Positions 1-9,870 of a stretch of DNA of 64,000 nt are shown piece after piece. Source of the DNA: an uncultured Gemmatimonadales bacterium (GTDB lineage: Bacteria > Gemmatimonadota > Gemmatimonadetes > Longimicrobiales > RSA9); the NCBI GenBank assembly GCA_963798085.1, contig CAWCRS010000005.1, forward strand, positions 768,001-832,000, read 5' to 3'. Under the pieces are notes generated by a model that worked only from the letters and a program-made list of their open reading frames with translations, ran no database searches and was not told where the DNA came from. Made by a program: the position numbers and the translations under genes. How positions within the stretch are numbered: the stretch's first letter is position 1; each line of letters begins with the position of its first letter.

Positions 1-613
1 TGCCGTCCGTGAGGTTGCGCAGCACGAGGTCGGTGCCATCGTGCGTGCTGTCGCGCGCAGCCTTGTTGCGGCGCGCGGCGAGGTAATGCGCATCGGCGGA
101 GAATGCGGAGGACTGGACATCGGGCACATCGAACTTCGTGCCGGTAGCCAGCTCCAGCAGCTCGAGCCGGCGCTGCGCTCCGCCCTGCGGCGCCGCACCC
201 TGGCCGCGTCCCGGCGGTGTGCCGCCCCGGCCACCACCTCGCCCGCCGCGACCGCCGCGGCCGGGCGGCGAAATCGTGTAGGTGACCCAGCGCCCATCGC
301 TCGAGAACACCGGTGTGGTGGCGTTGGGAATCGTGTACAGCTTCGTGCCGTCCAGCTGGCGGAGGAACAGCGTGTCATCACCCTCGTTGGGCAGGTAGGC
401 GTAGCTCATCCACTTGCCATCGGGCGAGAGATCGGCGGACTGGATGCGTTTCCAGCCGGGATAGTCGGCGAGCGTGAGGACCTTGCCGGCGCGGGTCGCC
501 GCGGCAGCGCCTGTGGGCTGCGGCGTCTGGCGCGCCCGCAGCGCGGGGGGAAAGGCCAGTGTGAGGGCGATGAAGATGACGGCCGCGGCTCGGGCACTGC
601 CGTGCTGGCTCAT
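1..613 (-). CDS. S9 family (prolyl oligopeptidase-like) exported peptidase, N-terminal part; runs off the window edge
   Basis: Manual translation from ATG at 613 is open to base 1. It gives a signal peptide (MSQHGSARAAAVIFIALTLAFPPALRA), then VLTLADYPGWKRIQSADLSPDGKWMSY and beta-propeller-like repeats (FSSDGRWVTY, FSADAHYLA). The catalytic domain is outside the window. Confidence 0.75.
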   Translation of the reverse strand, partial: MSQHGSARAAAVIFIALTLAFPPALRARQTPQPTGAAAATRAGKVLTLADYPGWKRIQSADLSPDGKWMSYAYLPNEGDDTLFLRQLDGTKLYTIPNATTPVFSSDGRWVTYTISPPGRGGRGGRGGGRGGTPPGRGQGAAPQGGAQRRLELLELATGTKFDVPDVQSSAFSADAHYLAARRNKAARDSTHDGTDLVLRNLTDG

Positions 614-1000
614 GAGAACGCTCCGGCGGAATGACGGGGATCGGACGGCAGGCAAGATGGGATGGGCGGTGGGCGAGGGCCAGACGCCCGGACCGTCTTG
701 GCGTTCTTTCCTTATGCTCCATTCTCTCATGGCGGCCCAGCCTGCACGCTCATGCAATACCCTCGCGTGCAAGCCGCGCGAGGCCAATAGGTCACCGCGC
801 CAAGTGGAAGACGCCGCAGGCCAGGTGCGGCGTCGCCAACCTTCCCGTTCGCTGCCACAACCCCGCGCAACGCCAGCTCCGGGACGCGCGCGCAGCCTCG
901 ATCGTCGGGCGGCGCCTGCCTGCATTGCGCGGCGCGTCCGCAGTGCCATGGGGACCGGGGCCAAAGCCAAGAACGCCAAGACGGTCCGGAGCCGCATACC

Positions 1001-1046
1001 TTGACGTCCTACAACAACCCGCACACCTTGTTGTAGAACATCTAGG
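1001..1046 (+). promoter_or_regulatory. Putative sigma70-type promoter with overlapping operator-like palindromes upstream of the ADOP permease
   Basis: TTGACG (1001-1006), 17 bp spacer, CACCTT (1024-1029). Inverted repeat CTACAACAA-N10-TTGTTGTAG (1009-1036) and TAGA-ACA-TCTA (1034-1044) form an AT-rich patch. Confidence 0.55.
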
Positions 1047-1078
1047 CAACGCCACCCGCATCGCGCAGGAGCACGCCC

Positions 1079-3727
1079 ATGCCCCCGTCCACACGCTGGT
1101 TGCGCCGGCTGCTGCGTCTCTTCGGCCGACACCGCGACGACCACGACATCAAGCAGGAGATGCAGTTCCACGTGGACATGCGCGCGCGCGAGTTGATCGA
1201 GACCGGCTCGAGCCCTGCCGCAGCGCGCCGCCAGGCTCGGCTCGAGTTCGGCGGCATGGACCGGTTCCAGGAAGAGGCGCGCGATGCGCGCCGCCTGCCG
1301 CCCCTCGAGGACTTCCTGTCCGATCTGCGCTTCGCCGCCCGCCTGCTGCGCCGCAGTCCCGGGTTCGCCGCAGTGGCCGTTCTCACCATCGGTCTGTGTA
1401 TCGCTGCGAACACCGCTGTTTTCAGCATTGTCAACGCCGTCATGCTGCGTCCGCTGCCCTTCCCTCAGGCACAGCGCATCCTCTTCATCGGCTGGGACTG
1501 GAACGGCGCCGGCAACCTCATGGGGGCGCTCTCGCCCCTCAAATTCGAGTACTGGCGCGAGCAGAATCGCAGCTTCGAAGCCGTGGCCACGTGGCGTTCA
1601 CGCACGGTTGGCGTGGGCGAGCGCGGCGGCGCTGGACAGGCCGCGTTGCTGCTCGTTTCGCCGGACTTCCTGCGCGTGGTCGGCGTGCAGCCTCGTCTGG
1701 GCCGGGGCTTCAGCGCTGCGGAGGATGCCGCCGGCGGTCCGGCGGTCGCCATCATCACGGATAACACGTGGCGAGGGCGGCTGGGTGGTGATCCAGGCGC
1801 GATCGGACGCAGCGTCATCCTGGACGGCACGAGCTACCAGGTCATTGGTGTGCTGCCGCCCACGTTCGCGTTTCCGCTTTCGGACAAGCCGGATGTGCTG
1901 GTGCCGCTGCGTCTGGTCGTGGACCCCCGCGACGAGGGTCTCAACTACGAGGCGATGGCGCGGCTCGCTCCCGGTGTGACGCGCGCCGCTGCGCGTGCCG
2001 ATGTACAGCGCATCACGGAGTCGTTCCGGGCCGCGTACCCGGGCGTCGAGACGGGCCAGGCGGAGCGCGCCGACGTGATGGATTACGGTCAGCTCTACCT
2101 GGGCGGGCTGCAGACCACGCTCTGGGTGCTGCAGGGCGCGGTGCTGCTGGTGCTGCTCATTGCCTGCGCCAATGTTGCTAACCTGCTGTTGGCGCGGGGC
2201 ACGACCCGCCAGCGCGAGATGGCGGTGCGCGCCACGCTGGGTGCGGGGCGCGGCCGCCTGGCGCGCCAGGTGATGAGCGAGAGTCTGCTGCTGGCCGCCG
2301 CCGGTGGAACCCTGGGCCTCGCCCTGGCGGCCGCCGGGCTGCGGTTCATCGTCGGCGTCGCGCCCGCGGGCATTCAGCGGCTCGACGAAGTGTCGGTCGA
2401 CGCATCCGTGCTCGCCTTCACATCCGTGACCGCGCTGATCACGGGACTGCTGTTCGGCCTCATCGCGGCGTTTCCGGCTGCGCGTGTGAATCTGAGCCGG
2501 TCCATCCGCGAAGGTCAGCGGGCGGGCACGAGCCGGCGCACCGGCCTGGGTCGCGCAGTGCTGGTGGGCGCGGAAGCCGCGCTTGCCATGATGCTGCTCG
2601 CAGGCGCGGGCCTGCTGATCACGAGCTTCGTGAAACTGCGGCGCACGGATCTCGGATTCGATGCGCAACAGCTCACGACGTTGTCGTTCCCCCGTCTGCC
2701 CGACGCCTACAGGAGCACTGCGCTGACCTGGAGTTTCGAGCAGCAGCTGCTCGAGAGGCTGCGCTCACTGCCCGGCGTCGTCGCGGCCGCGGACGCATCG
2801 ACGCTGCCGCTCACGCGCGGCCCCAACATCCCGATGACGGTAGAGGGCCGGCCGGATGCCAGCGAAGGCGCCGTCGAGTGGCGCAGTGTGAGCCCCGGTT
2901 ACTTCGATGTCCTGGGCATCCGCATCGTGCGCGGCCGGCCCGTCACCGAGGAAGACATCCGCAATCAGCGCCCGGTCGTCGTCATCAGTGAAGCGCTGGC
3001 ACAGAAGTACTGGCCCGATCAGGACCCGCTCGGTCAACGCATCCTGATCGGCGTGTTCCGCGGCAAGAAGGTGCTGCCCGGCTTCAACGATCCGCCGCGC
3101 GAGATTGTCGGTGTGAGCGCAGACATGCGCGAGGCGGGCCCCGCACGCCGTCCGCTGCGCACCATGTTCGTGCCCCATGACGTGACGGGCGAGGGCATGC
3201 CCGGCTTTCTCGTGCGCGTGCGCGGCAGCGTCACCGCCGACGCCCTGCGCCAGGCGGTGCAGGACGTCGATCGCACCATGACCGTACCCGAGCTGCACAG
3301 CATGACCGAGCGCCTGCGCGCAAACCTGGCGCAGGACCGTTTCAACACGCTGCTCATGGGCCTGTTTGCCGGCGCCGCGCTGCTGCTCACCGCCATCGGC
3401 ATTTACGGCGTCGTGTCGTACACGGTGCGGCTGCGCACGCCCGAGATCGGCGTGCGCCTGGCGCTGGGCGCGCAGCGCGGCCGGGTTCTGCGCGCCTCCA
3501 TGATGCGCGGCATGCGGCCCGTGCTCATCGGACTGGCTGTCGGCGTGGGCGGGGCGCTGGGACTGGCTCGCTTCCTCACCAGCATGCTGCACGACGTGCG
3601 TCCGACAGACCCCGTGGCGCTGAGCGCCGTGGCCCTGCTGCTCGCGCTGGTGGCGCTGCTCGCCAGCTGGCTGCCTTCGCGACGGGCGGCACGCGTCGAC
3701 CCGATGGTGGCACTGCGCTTCGACTGA
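1079..3727 (+). CDS. ABC transporter permease, duplicated MacB/FtsX (ADOP-type)
   Basis: 882 aa. N-terminal EMQFH..ARRQARLEFG extension, DLRFAARLLRRSPGF, LLIACANVANLLLAR, second half GIYGVVSY..RTPEIGVRLALGA, C-terminal ARVDPMVALR. Confidence 0.93.
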   Translation: MPPSTRWLRRLLRLFGRHRDDHDIKQEMQFHVDMRARELIETGSSPAAARRQARLEFGGMDRFQEEARDARRLPPLEDFLSDLRFAARLLRRSPGFAAVAVLTIGLCIAANTAVFSIVNAVMLRPLPFPQAQRILFIGWDWNGAGNLMGALSPLKFEYWREQNRSFEAVATWRSRTVGVGERGGAGQAALLLVSPDFLRVVGVQPRLGRGFSAAEDAAGGPAVAIITDNTWRGRLGGDPGAIGRSVILDGTSYQVIGVLPPTFAFPLSDKPDVLVPLRLVVDPRDEGLNYEAMARLAPGVTRAAARADVQRITESFRAAYPGVETGQAERADVMDYGQLYLGGLQTTLWVLQGAVLLVLLIACANVANLLLARGTTRQREMAVRATLGAGRGRLARQVMSESLLLAAAGGTLGLALAAAGLRFIVGVAPAGIQRLDEVSVDASVLAFTSVTALITGLLFGLIAAFPAARVNLSRSIREGQRAGTSRRTGLGRAVLVGAEAALAMMLLAGAGLLITSFVKLRRTDLGFDAQQLTTLSFPRLPDAYRSTALTWSFEQQLLERLRSLPGVVAAADASTLPLTRGPNIPMTVEGRPDASEGAVEWRSVSPGYFDVLGIRIVRGRPVTEEDIRNQRPVVVISEALAQKYWPDQDPLGQRILIGVFRGKKVLPGFNDPPREIVGVSADMREAGPARRPLRTMFVPHDVTGEGMPGFLVRVRGSVTADALRQAVQDVDRTMTVPELHSMTERLRANLAQDRFNTLLMGLFAGAALLLTAIGIYGVVSYTVRLRTPEIGVRLALGAQRGRVLRASMMRGMRPVLIGLAVGVGGALGLARFLTSMLHDVRPTDPVALSAVALLLALVALLASWLPSRRAARVDPMVALRFD

Positions 3728-3912
3728 TACCGGGCTCGTGCTTCTAACGCATCATTAACAGATGCAGGCGACGCCGCAGCTTCACGTCTGCTCCGCGCCG
3801 CCGCGTGCGCGGGTCCGGCCTGTCCTTCGGCGGCCAGTGCGCAGGATGCGCCACCCACCAGCGCTGACACCCTGTTGTCCATGGCTGACACGGCCGCACA
3901 TCCCCGCGGCGT

Positions 3913-4440
3913 TCAGAGGTCGACAGCGAAGAGCCTGACATTGGCGGCCGCGCCGGGGGGACGGACCGGTCCGGCCGCGCTGAAGCCGAGGCGATCGAGC
4001 AGGCGCGCGGAGACTTCGTTGTCATGGGTCGTGATGGCCACGAGGTGGCGCAGACCCAGCGTCTGGCTCGCGTATCGCATGAGTGCCATCGCCGCTTCGC
4101 CCGCGTAGCCCTGTGACCAGTACGCGGGCAGAAACGCAAAACCCAGATCGACGTCTTCCAGCCAGTCGCGCCGGAAGAGGCTGCAGAAGCCCATGGCAAC
4201 CGAAGTCGCCTTCGATTCCACCAGGAACGGGCCGATGCCCCCGCTGCTGTAGTAGTGGAGAAAGCGATCCTCGATGTAGCCGCGGGCACCCTCGAGCTCG
4301 CGCACACCGCGATCTCCAATGAAGCGGATGAAGGATGGCTCGTTGAACATTTCGAGCACGAAAGCGGCATCCTCCACGCGAAACCGGCGCAGGATGAGTC
4401 GTTCGGTCTGCAGCAGCGTATCCGCAGGCGCGTCAGCCAT
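3913..4440 (-). CDS. GNAT family (RimJ/RimL-like) N-acetyltransferase
   Basis: LQTERLILRRF, DLGFAFLPAYWSQGYAGEA, NEVSARLLDRLGF. Start at ATG 4440 preferred over 4530. Confidence 0.9.
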   Translation of the reverse strand: MADAPADTLLQTERLILRRFRVEDAAFVLEMFNEPSFIRFIGDRGVRELEGARGYIEDRFLHYYSSGGIGPFLVESKATSVAMGFCSLFRRDWLEDVDLGFAFLPAYWSQGYAGEAAMALMRYASQTLGLRHLVAITTHDNEVSARLLDRLGFSAAGPVRPPGAAANVRLFAVDL

Positions 4441-4520
4441 CCGTGGCGTCCTGGCGCTGCCGGCGCCCGTCGATGTCGGAGCGGGCCCGCGGAGCATGGC
4501 ATGCGCTACCAGGCGAGCGC

Positions 4521-5585
4521 TCAGCGACACTGATTGACATGCCGGCCTTCGAGAATCCGGTCGAGCGACACGAGCGTGTCGCCGCCCGCGGTCATGCGCT
4601 GCACGAATTCGCGCGTGAAGATGCGCACCATCAGATCGGGCCTTGTGGAGCCGTCCTGCAGCACATCGATGTACTCGACGCGGTCCGGCAGCAGGGTGTC
4701 GAGCAGCGGATTGCTCCGCCGCGCAACGAGCCTCCGCCCATTGTAGATGCCGCTCGAAGTCACGCCTCCCGCCAGCAGCATCGGTTTCTCGTCGATGATG
4801 AAGCAGCGCACTCTTTCCATGCGCGACCCCAGGACACGGTTCAGCACATCCCTGACCGAGCCGTTCAGATCCTGCATCAGCTCGGCGCGGTCGATTACGC
4901 CGCCATCGAACTTGTACTGCCGTTCGCCCGCGCGCTCCACAATGCGGTGCTTCTGCCTGGCAACCATTCCCGCTACAACAGGATCCGGCTCCAGCTCGAA
5001 GCGCAGAATCGTATCACGCTCCGTCGTGAACGACATCGTGAGCGGCGCATACCCGAATTCGCGCGCCTGGATCGTGATGGGCACCGCGGCGGGCACCTTG
5101 CCGAATTTGAAGCGACCAATGGGGTCCGTGACCGCATGGCGATCCGGCGTCGCGACGACGTCCACGTCGATCAGGCCGGTGCCGCTCGCTTTTTCCACGA
5201 CGGTGCCGCGAATCGTGATGTTGTGCGCCCGCACGGCCACAGTGTCCAGTTGAACGGGCGTGCGCTCGAGCGCCAGCACGACGGTCGTGTCGCCTGCGAT
5301 GAGCAGCGTACTGTCGCTGGCGGCATAGCCAATGCCCTCCGCCGCGAGTACATAGCGACCCGGCGGCACGCGCGCAAAGCGGAAGCTGCCATCTCTCCCC
5401 GTGACGGCTGGTGCACGACCGTTCAGGCTCACCGTGATGCCGGCCACGGGCGCCTGTGTCTGCCTTTCGATGACTCTGCCGCGCACGGTAGCGGTTCCCT
5501 GTGCGGCTGCGCGCGGCGCGCACAGTGCGACCAGCGCGAGAGCCAGTCCGACGAGATCGAGCCTGATCCCGGCGGTGGTGATCAT
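4521..5585 (-). CDS. Exported protein with two carboxypeptidase regulatory-like domains and a degenerate plug-like C-terminus
   Basis: Signal peptide ending AAA-Q, two GRV/GTV..T..DGxFRF..VP modules, RBS GGAGG upstream. Confidence 0.78.
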   Translation of the reverse strand: MITTAGIRLDLVGLALALVALCAPRAAAQGTATVRGRVIERQTQAPVAGITVSLNGRAPAVTGRDGSFRFARVPPGRYVLAAEGIGYAASDSTLLIAGDTTVVLALERTPVQLDTVAVRAHNITIRGTVVEKASGTGLIDVDVVATPDRHAVTDPIGRFKFGKVPAAVPITIQAREFGYAPLTMSFTTERDTILRFELEPDPVVAGMVARQKHRIVERAGERQYKFDGGVIDRAELMQDLNGSVRDVLNRVLGSRMERVRCFIIDEKPMLLAGGVTSSGIYNGRRLVARRSNPLLDTLLPDRVEYIDVLQDGSTRPDLMVRIFTREFVQRMTAGGDTLVSLDRILEGRHVNQCR

Positions 5586-5697
5586 GGCGTCCTCCTGTGT
5601 GGATTACGGCACCTGCTGCGCCGGTCGCGGCATCGCGCACAGCGTCTTCCCGCGAGGCTGCCGCCGGCGGGGCACGAACCGGCCACCAGCCTTTCCC

Positions 5698-7848
5698 TCA
5701 GCGGGCGCTGCGGGCGCGGCTGCGCAGGAACGTCTCCAGTGCGCGCACGTGCGCGGCCGCAATGCGCTGCTGCACGTCGGGGTTGCGCAGTGCGGCTTCC
5801 TGCTCGGGAATCATGAGGAACATCGTCTCGGAGAGCACGGCCGGCATCCAGGTGGCGCGTACCACGGCCAGGTCGGCGCGCCCGATGCCGATATCGCGCA
5901 GTCGCAGCTCGTTCTCCAGTTCGTCGAGGACGGCACGCGCCAGTTCCAGCGATTGCGGCTGGAAGTAGTAGACGCTGGTGCCCGCGCTGGTGAAGGGGTT
6001 CACGCCGTCAGGAAACGCGTTGTTATGAAGTGAGAGCAGGATGTCCGCGTTCATGTCGGTGGCCAGGCGTGGCCGTGCGTCCAGGGCAACGGGTGAAGCG
6101 TCCACACGCGTGAGCAGCACGCGCGCGCCCCGGCTCTCGAGCATGGGCTTGAGCGCCAGCGCTACCGCCAGGTTGGCCTCCGCTTCGGTCAAGCCGGTGG
6201 GCCCGTTGGCGCCGGCCGGTGGATGTCCCGGATCCACCGCGATGAGCAGTCCCTGCAGCGGGTGCGTTGCGTCGATGGGGGGCGGGCGGCGAATGCGCAC
6301 CACCAGTGCACCGCTCTCGTCGAAGAACGCCTGATAGCCCCAGACAGGTTGCGTGAGCGTCACGCGCACGCGGAATTCGCGGTCCGCCGGCTGGCTCCAC
6401 TCCGCGCGCTCCACGAGGGAGTCCAGCGCGCCGTACTGCAGAAAATTCACTTCGCTGGTGGCGCCGTACACCGTGATGTCGAGCGTACGCTCTGCCTCGT
6501 CCACGCGGAAGGGCATGCGCGCGGGCAGCGGAATGCGCACGTCCACACCCTCGCTCCGGGCCGCAAGGCGCACGCCACTGACCACACCCTGTGGCGGCGG
6601 CGAGTTCGCCGGTAACAGCGTGATATCAGACGCCGGCAGCCATGCGGAGAGCCCGCGGGTCAGCCGCACGCGGTACTGACCGCCGCGCTCGGCATCCAGC
6701 GCCACCTGCGTACCGGGCGGCCAGAACCAGTGGTAGGGCCCGGCCAGCCCGGGCCGTGCGTGCGTCGTCCAGTCGGCCGGCGCGCCCGCGGGCGGCGTGA
6801 TCACGCCCACGCGTGGCGTGCTCGCGGGCAGACCCGCCAGCTGCAGCGCCAGCGGCAGGCGAGTGGTGTCACTCCCCACGATCAGCTCGAGCTGCGCCCA
6901 GAGCGGGCGCAGGCCGGCATAACGCGCTGTCAGGCTGTTCAGCGAGTCGGCGGTGATCTGCATGCGCCGGCCCAGTCGCTCCAGCGCAGCCCTGTCCTGG
7001 GCACTGGGCAGGGGCCGCCCCGCAATCCGGGCCTGGCGCTCCATTGTGGTGTCGCGGACGAATTCGCTGACCGGCACGAGATCGCGCGGCGGTGCCGCCT
7101 CCAGCGCGGGCCGGCGCGCGCTCGTGTCCGGCCCCACCCAGGGCCCCTGCACGGTGATCATGCCCGCGTAGCGCGACCATCCGGCCAGACGTTCCGCGGG
7201 CTGGGGCGCACCGCGGAAGTTGGCGGCCTCCGTGCTGCCGCGGTCCACGAGCGGCTTCTCGCTCAACCGGACCGGCGGCTCGCCACCCGGCAGGATCACC
7301 CACGCCTCTCCGCCCGACGCGCCCGTGAACCCGACCTCGAATGCTTCGCCGTACGGCAGGGCGAGCGCGCCGGTCGGGTACGGCGAGCCGGGCAGGATCG
7401 CGGCGCCCGCGGGCGGATCCGGCCGGGGCGTGACCTGCACGCGGCGTTCGAGCTGAAGACTCTCGGCACCCTTCGTCGCCTGAAAGCTGTACACGCCATC
7501 GGCGGGCACCGGCAGCCAGGCGAGGAAGGCGCCATCGGGCGCCACCGGGACGGCGGTGCCGTTGATGCGCAGGCTGGTCCTGCCCGAACCGGTCCCGCCA
7601 AACACGAAGTTGGAATCACGTACGGCTAGCACCGCGTTATCGGGCGGATATACCACAGTGAGCTGCAGCGGCCCATCGACCGGGGGCACAGGCGGCAGCG
7701 CCGGACCGGGCGTGACGGGGACAGGCGTGGGACGCAGGCCGGCGGACGGACCGCCCATGGCGCAGCCCGCGCCCGCCAGCGCCAGCACGAGCGCGCTCGT
7801 GCAGGCAGCGTGTACACGTACACGACGCGTGTGCCCGAACCCTTGCAT
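5698..7848 (-). CDS. N-acetylmuramoyl-L-alanine amidase (Amidase_3), probable lipoprotein
   Basis: C-terminal AVDPGH, TEAEANL, SLHNNA, VLSE zinc/catalytic motifs; lipobox-like LALAGAGC. Start uncertain: 7848, or coupled ATG at 7977. Confidence 0.88.
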   Translation of the reverse strand: MQGFGHTRRVRVHAACTSALVLALAGAGCAMGGPSAGLRPTPVPVTPGPALPPVPPVDGPLQLTVVYPPDNAVLAVRDSNFVFGGTGSGRTSLRINGTAVPVAPDGAFLAWLPVPADGVYSFQATKGAESLQLERRVQVTPRPDPPAGAAILPGSPYPTGALALPYGEAFEVGFTGASGGEAWVILPGGEPPVRLSEKPLVDRGSTEAANFRGAPQPAERLAGWSRYAGMITVQGPWVGPDTSARRPALEAAPPRDLVPVSEFVRDTTMERQARIAGRPLPSAQDRAALERLGRRMQITADSLNSLTARYAGLRPLWAQLELIVGSDTTRLPLALQLAGLPASTPRVGVITPPAGAPADWTTHARPGLAGPYHWFWPPGTQVALDAERGGQYRVRLTRGLSAWLPASDITLLPANSPPPQGVVSGVRLAARSEGVDVRIPLPARMPFRVDEAERTLDITVYGATSEVNFLQYGALDSLVERAEWSQPADREFRVRVTLTQPVWGYQAFFDESGALVVRIRRPPPIDATHPLQGLLIAVDPGHPPAGANGPTGLTEAEANLAVALALKPMLESRGARVLLTRVDASPVALDARPRLATDMNADILLSLHNNAFPDGVNPFTSAGTSVYYFQPQSLELARAVLDELENELRLRDIGIGRADLAVVRATWMPAVLSETMFLMIPEQEAALRNPDVQQRIAAAHVRALETFLRSRARSAR

Positions 7849-7976
7849 CCCCGGGCGCCCTCGCCCGCACACCGTGCTTCGCCCTCGCCACCGCCTCGCC
7901 ACGCGGGACGCATCCGCGCGCGGCTCGACCTGCGCGTCTGACGGCGGGCCTGCCCGTCGCGAAACTGCGTCGCGCA

Positions 7977-9795
7977 TCACGCGCCTGATGGCTCGGGTGA
8001 TGGCTGCGCCAGTGTCGCAGCCGCGGGCCCTGACGGCGGCGAGCGCAGGCGTCGCAGCCAGATCCAGCCGACCAGTGCGGAGAGCGCCATCAACGCAGCC
8101 GTGCCCCAGCGCGCGAACAGCAGTCCGCCGATCAGGAACATGAGACCGTACAGCAGCATGAGTCCGGCCACGACGCGCCGCAGGTCCGCGCTCAGGTCCT
8201 GTGCCGGCTCGAGTCCCGTGCGCGCGCGCTGCCGGCGCCAGCCCGGGCCTCCGGGCCGGACGCGCCGATAGAATGCGTCCAGCTTGTCATCGCTCTCGGG
8301 CGGCGTCAGCAGCATCGCCGGAATCCAGACGGCCAGGCTGATCGCGGTGGTGACCATCAGGCGAACACCGAAGTCAGCGATCTGCAGATTGTAGATGGGA
8401 TTGCTCACGGAAGTCAGGAAGCCCGCGAGGAACCCGGCCACCATGGCGGCCAGCTCGGCCCACGCGTTCACGCGCCACCAGAACCAGCGCAGGATCAGCA
8501 CCACGCCGGGCCCGGTGCCCACGGCCAGGATCAGACGATACACGGTGGCAATGCTCTGCGAGTGGAACGCCGCGTACCCGGCAATCACGGTGACCAGCAC
8601 ACTGGCCCCGCGCGCCGCCACTACCAGCTCCTTCTGGGTGGCGTGCGGCCGCAGAAACCGCGCATACAGGTCGTTAGTCATGTACGACGCGCTCCAGTTG
8701 ATCAGCGATGACACCGTGCTCATGAACGCCGCCAGCAGCGATGCCACCACCAGGCCCAGCACACCACGCGGCAGGTATTCCAGCATGAGCCGGGGATACC
8801 CCAGCTCACGGTCCGTGAGATCCGGGTACAGCGTCACCGCCACAATGGCCACGATGATCCACGGCCAGGTGCGCACCACGTACTGCATGATGTTGAAGAA
8901 CCACGCCGCTTTCTCCGCATCCTGCTCCGTGCGCACGGCGGAAAGGCGCTGAATGAACTCGCCGCCGCCATCGGACCGGCGGAACGACCACCACAGGATG
9001 GTGACGTACGAGAAGAACGTCGTCGCCGTGATCCCCGCCGCTCTGGACCACGCCGACCAGGTGGCCATGTCCGAACGTCAGTGGCGTGAAGGACAGCATG
9101 TCGAAGCTGGTGAGCGCCTGCGCCTGCTCGCGCACGGCGAGGAGGCCACCCGCGTGGCTGACCGCGTAGCCGGCCACGAGCAGGGCCCCGACCAGCGCCA
9201 GCACGAACTGGAAGAGGTCGGTCGCCACCACACCCCACAGCCCGGCGACACCGGCATACATCAGCACGAGCACACTGACCAGGATGATGCCCCACAGCTT
9301 GGCGGACGCGCCCACGTTGAGGCCCAGGCTGGGGAAGATCTGCAGTGCATCCACCGCCTTGACCATCGCCAGCATGGCGTAGCCGATGCCGATCGAGCCG
9401 ATCACCACGGCGAACAGGAAGCCCTTCACTGCGCGCAGCGTCGCCGCCGGCCGGCCGCCGTAGCGCAACTCGGTCAGTTCGTTGTCCGTCAGGATCTCCG
9501 CCCGCCGCCACATGCGCGCGAAGATGTAGATCAGGATGACGTGGGAGATGGCGGGCGCCCACCACTCCCAGTTGCCGGCGATACCCCGCGTGCCGGTGAC
9601 GCCGGCCACGTAGAGCGGCGTGTCGATGGAGAAGGTCGTGGCGGCCATGGACGTGCCCGCCAGCCACCAGGGCAGCGAGCGGCCACCCACGAAGAAGTCG
9701 ACGAGGCTCTTCAATGCGCGGCGCGCGAGGTACAGCCCCACGGCCATGGAGCCGCCCATGTAGATGACGACGATGGCCCAGTCGATACCGGTCAC
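7977..9795 (-). CDS. Sodium:solute symporter (SSS family); one frameshift near 9050
   Basis: DFFVGGRSLPWWLAGTSMAATTFSIDTP in ORF 8806..9795 continues into GLVVASLLAAFMST and ILRWFWWRVNAWAE in ORF 7977..9068. Removing one G near 9050 joins them (HLVG-WSRAAG). Confidence 0.9.
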
Positions 9796-9870
9796 GTCGC
9801 CCGGTCCTCTAACACGGCGTCAGGGGCGCGGAGCCGCCGTCTGCATGCGACCGCTGCCGGACGTGAACGC

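Noticed and set aside
614..1000. Small ORFs between the peptidase and the ADOP permease (possible padR)
   Set aside because: No winged-helix/PadR-like sequence in any translated frame provided.
7977..9795. Pseudogene or programmed-frameshift calls for the SSS gene and other split genes
   Set aside because: Single indels, no further decay, no slippery heptamers recognised; best explained as assembly error.
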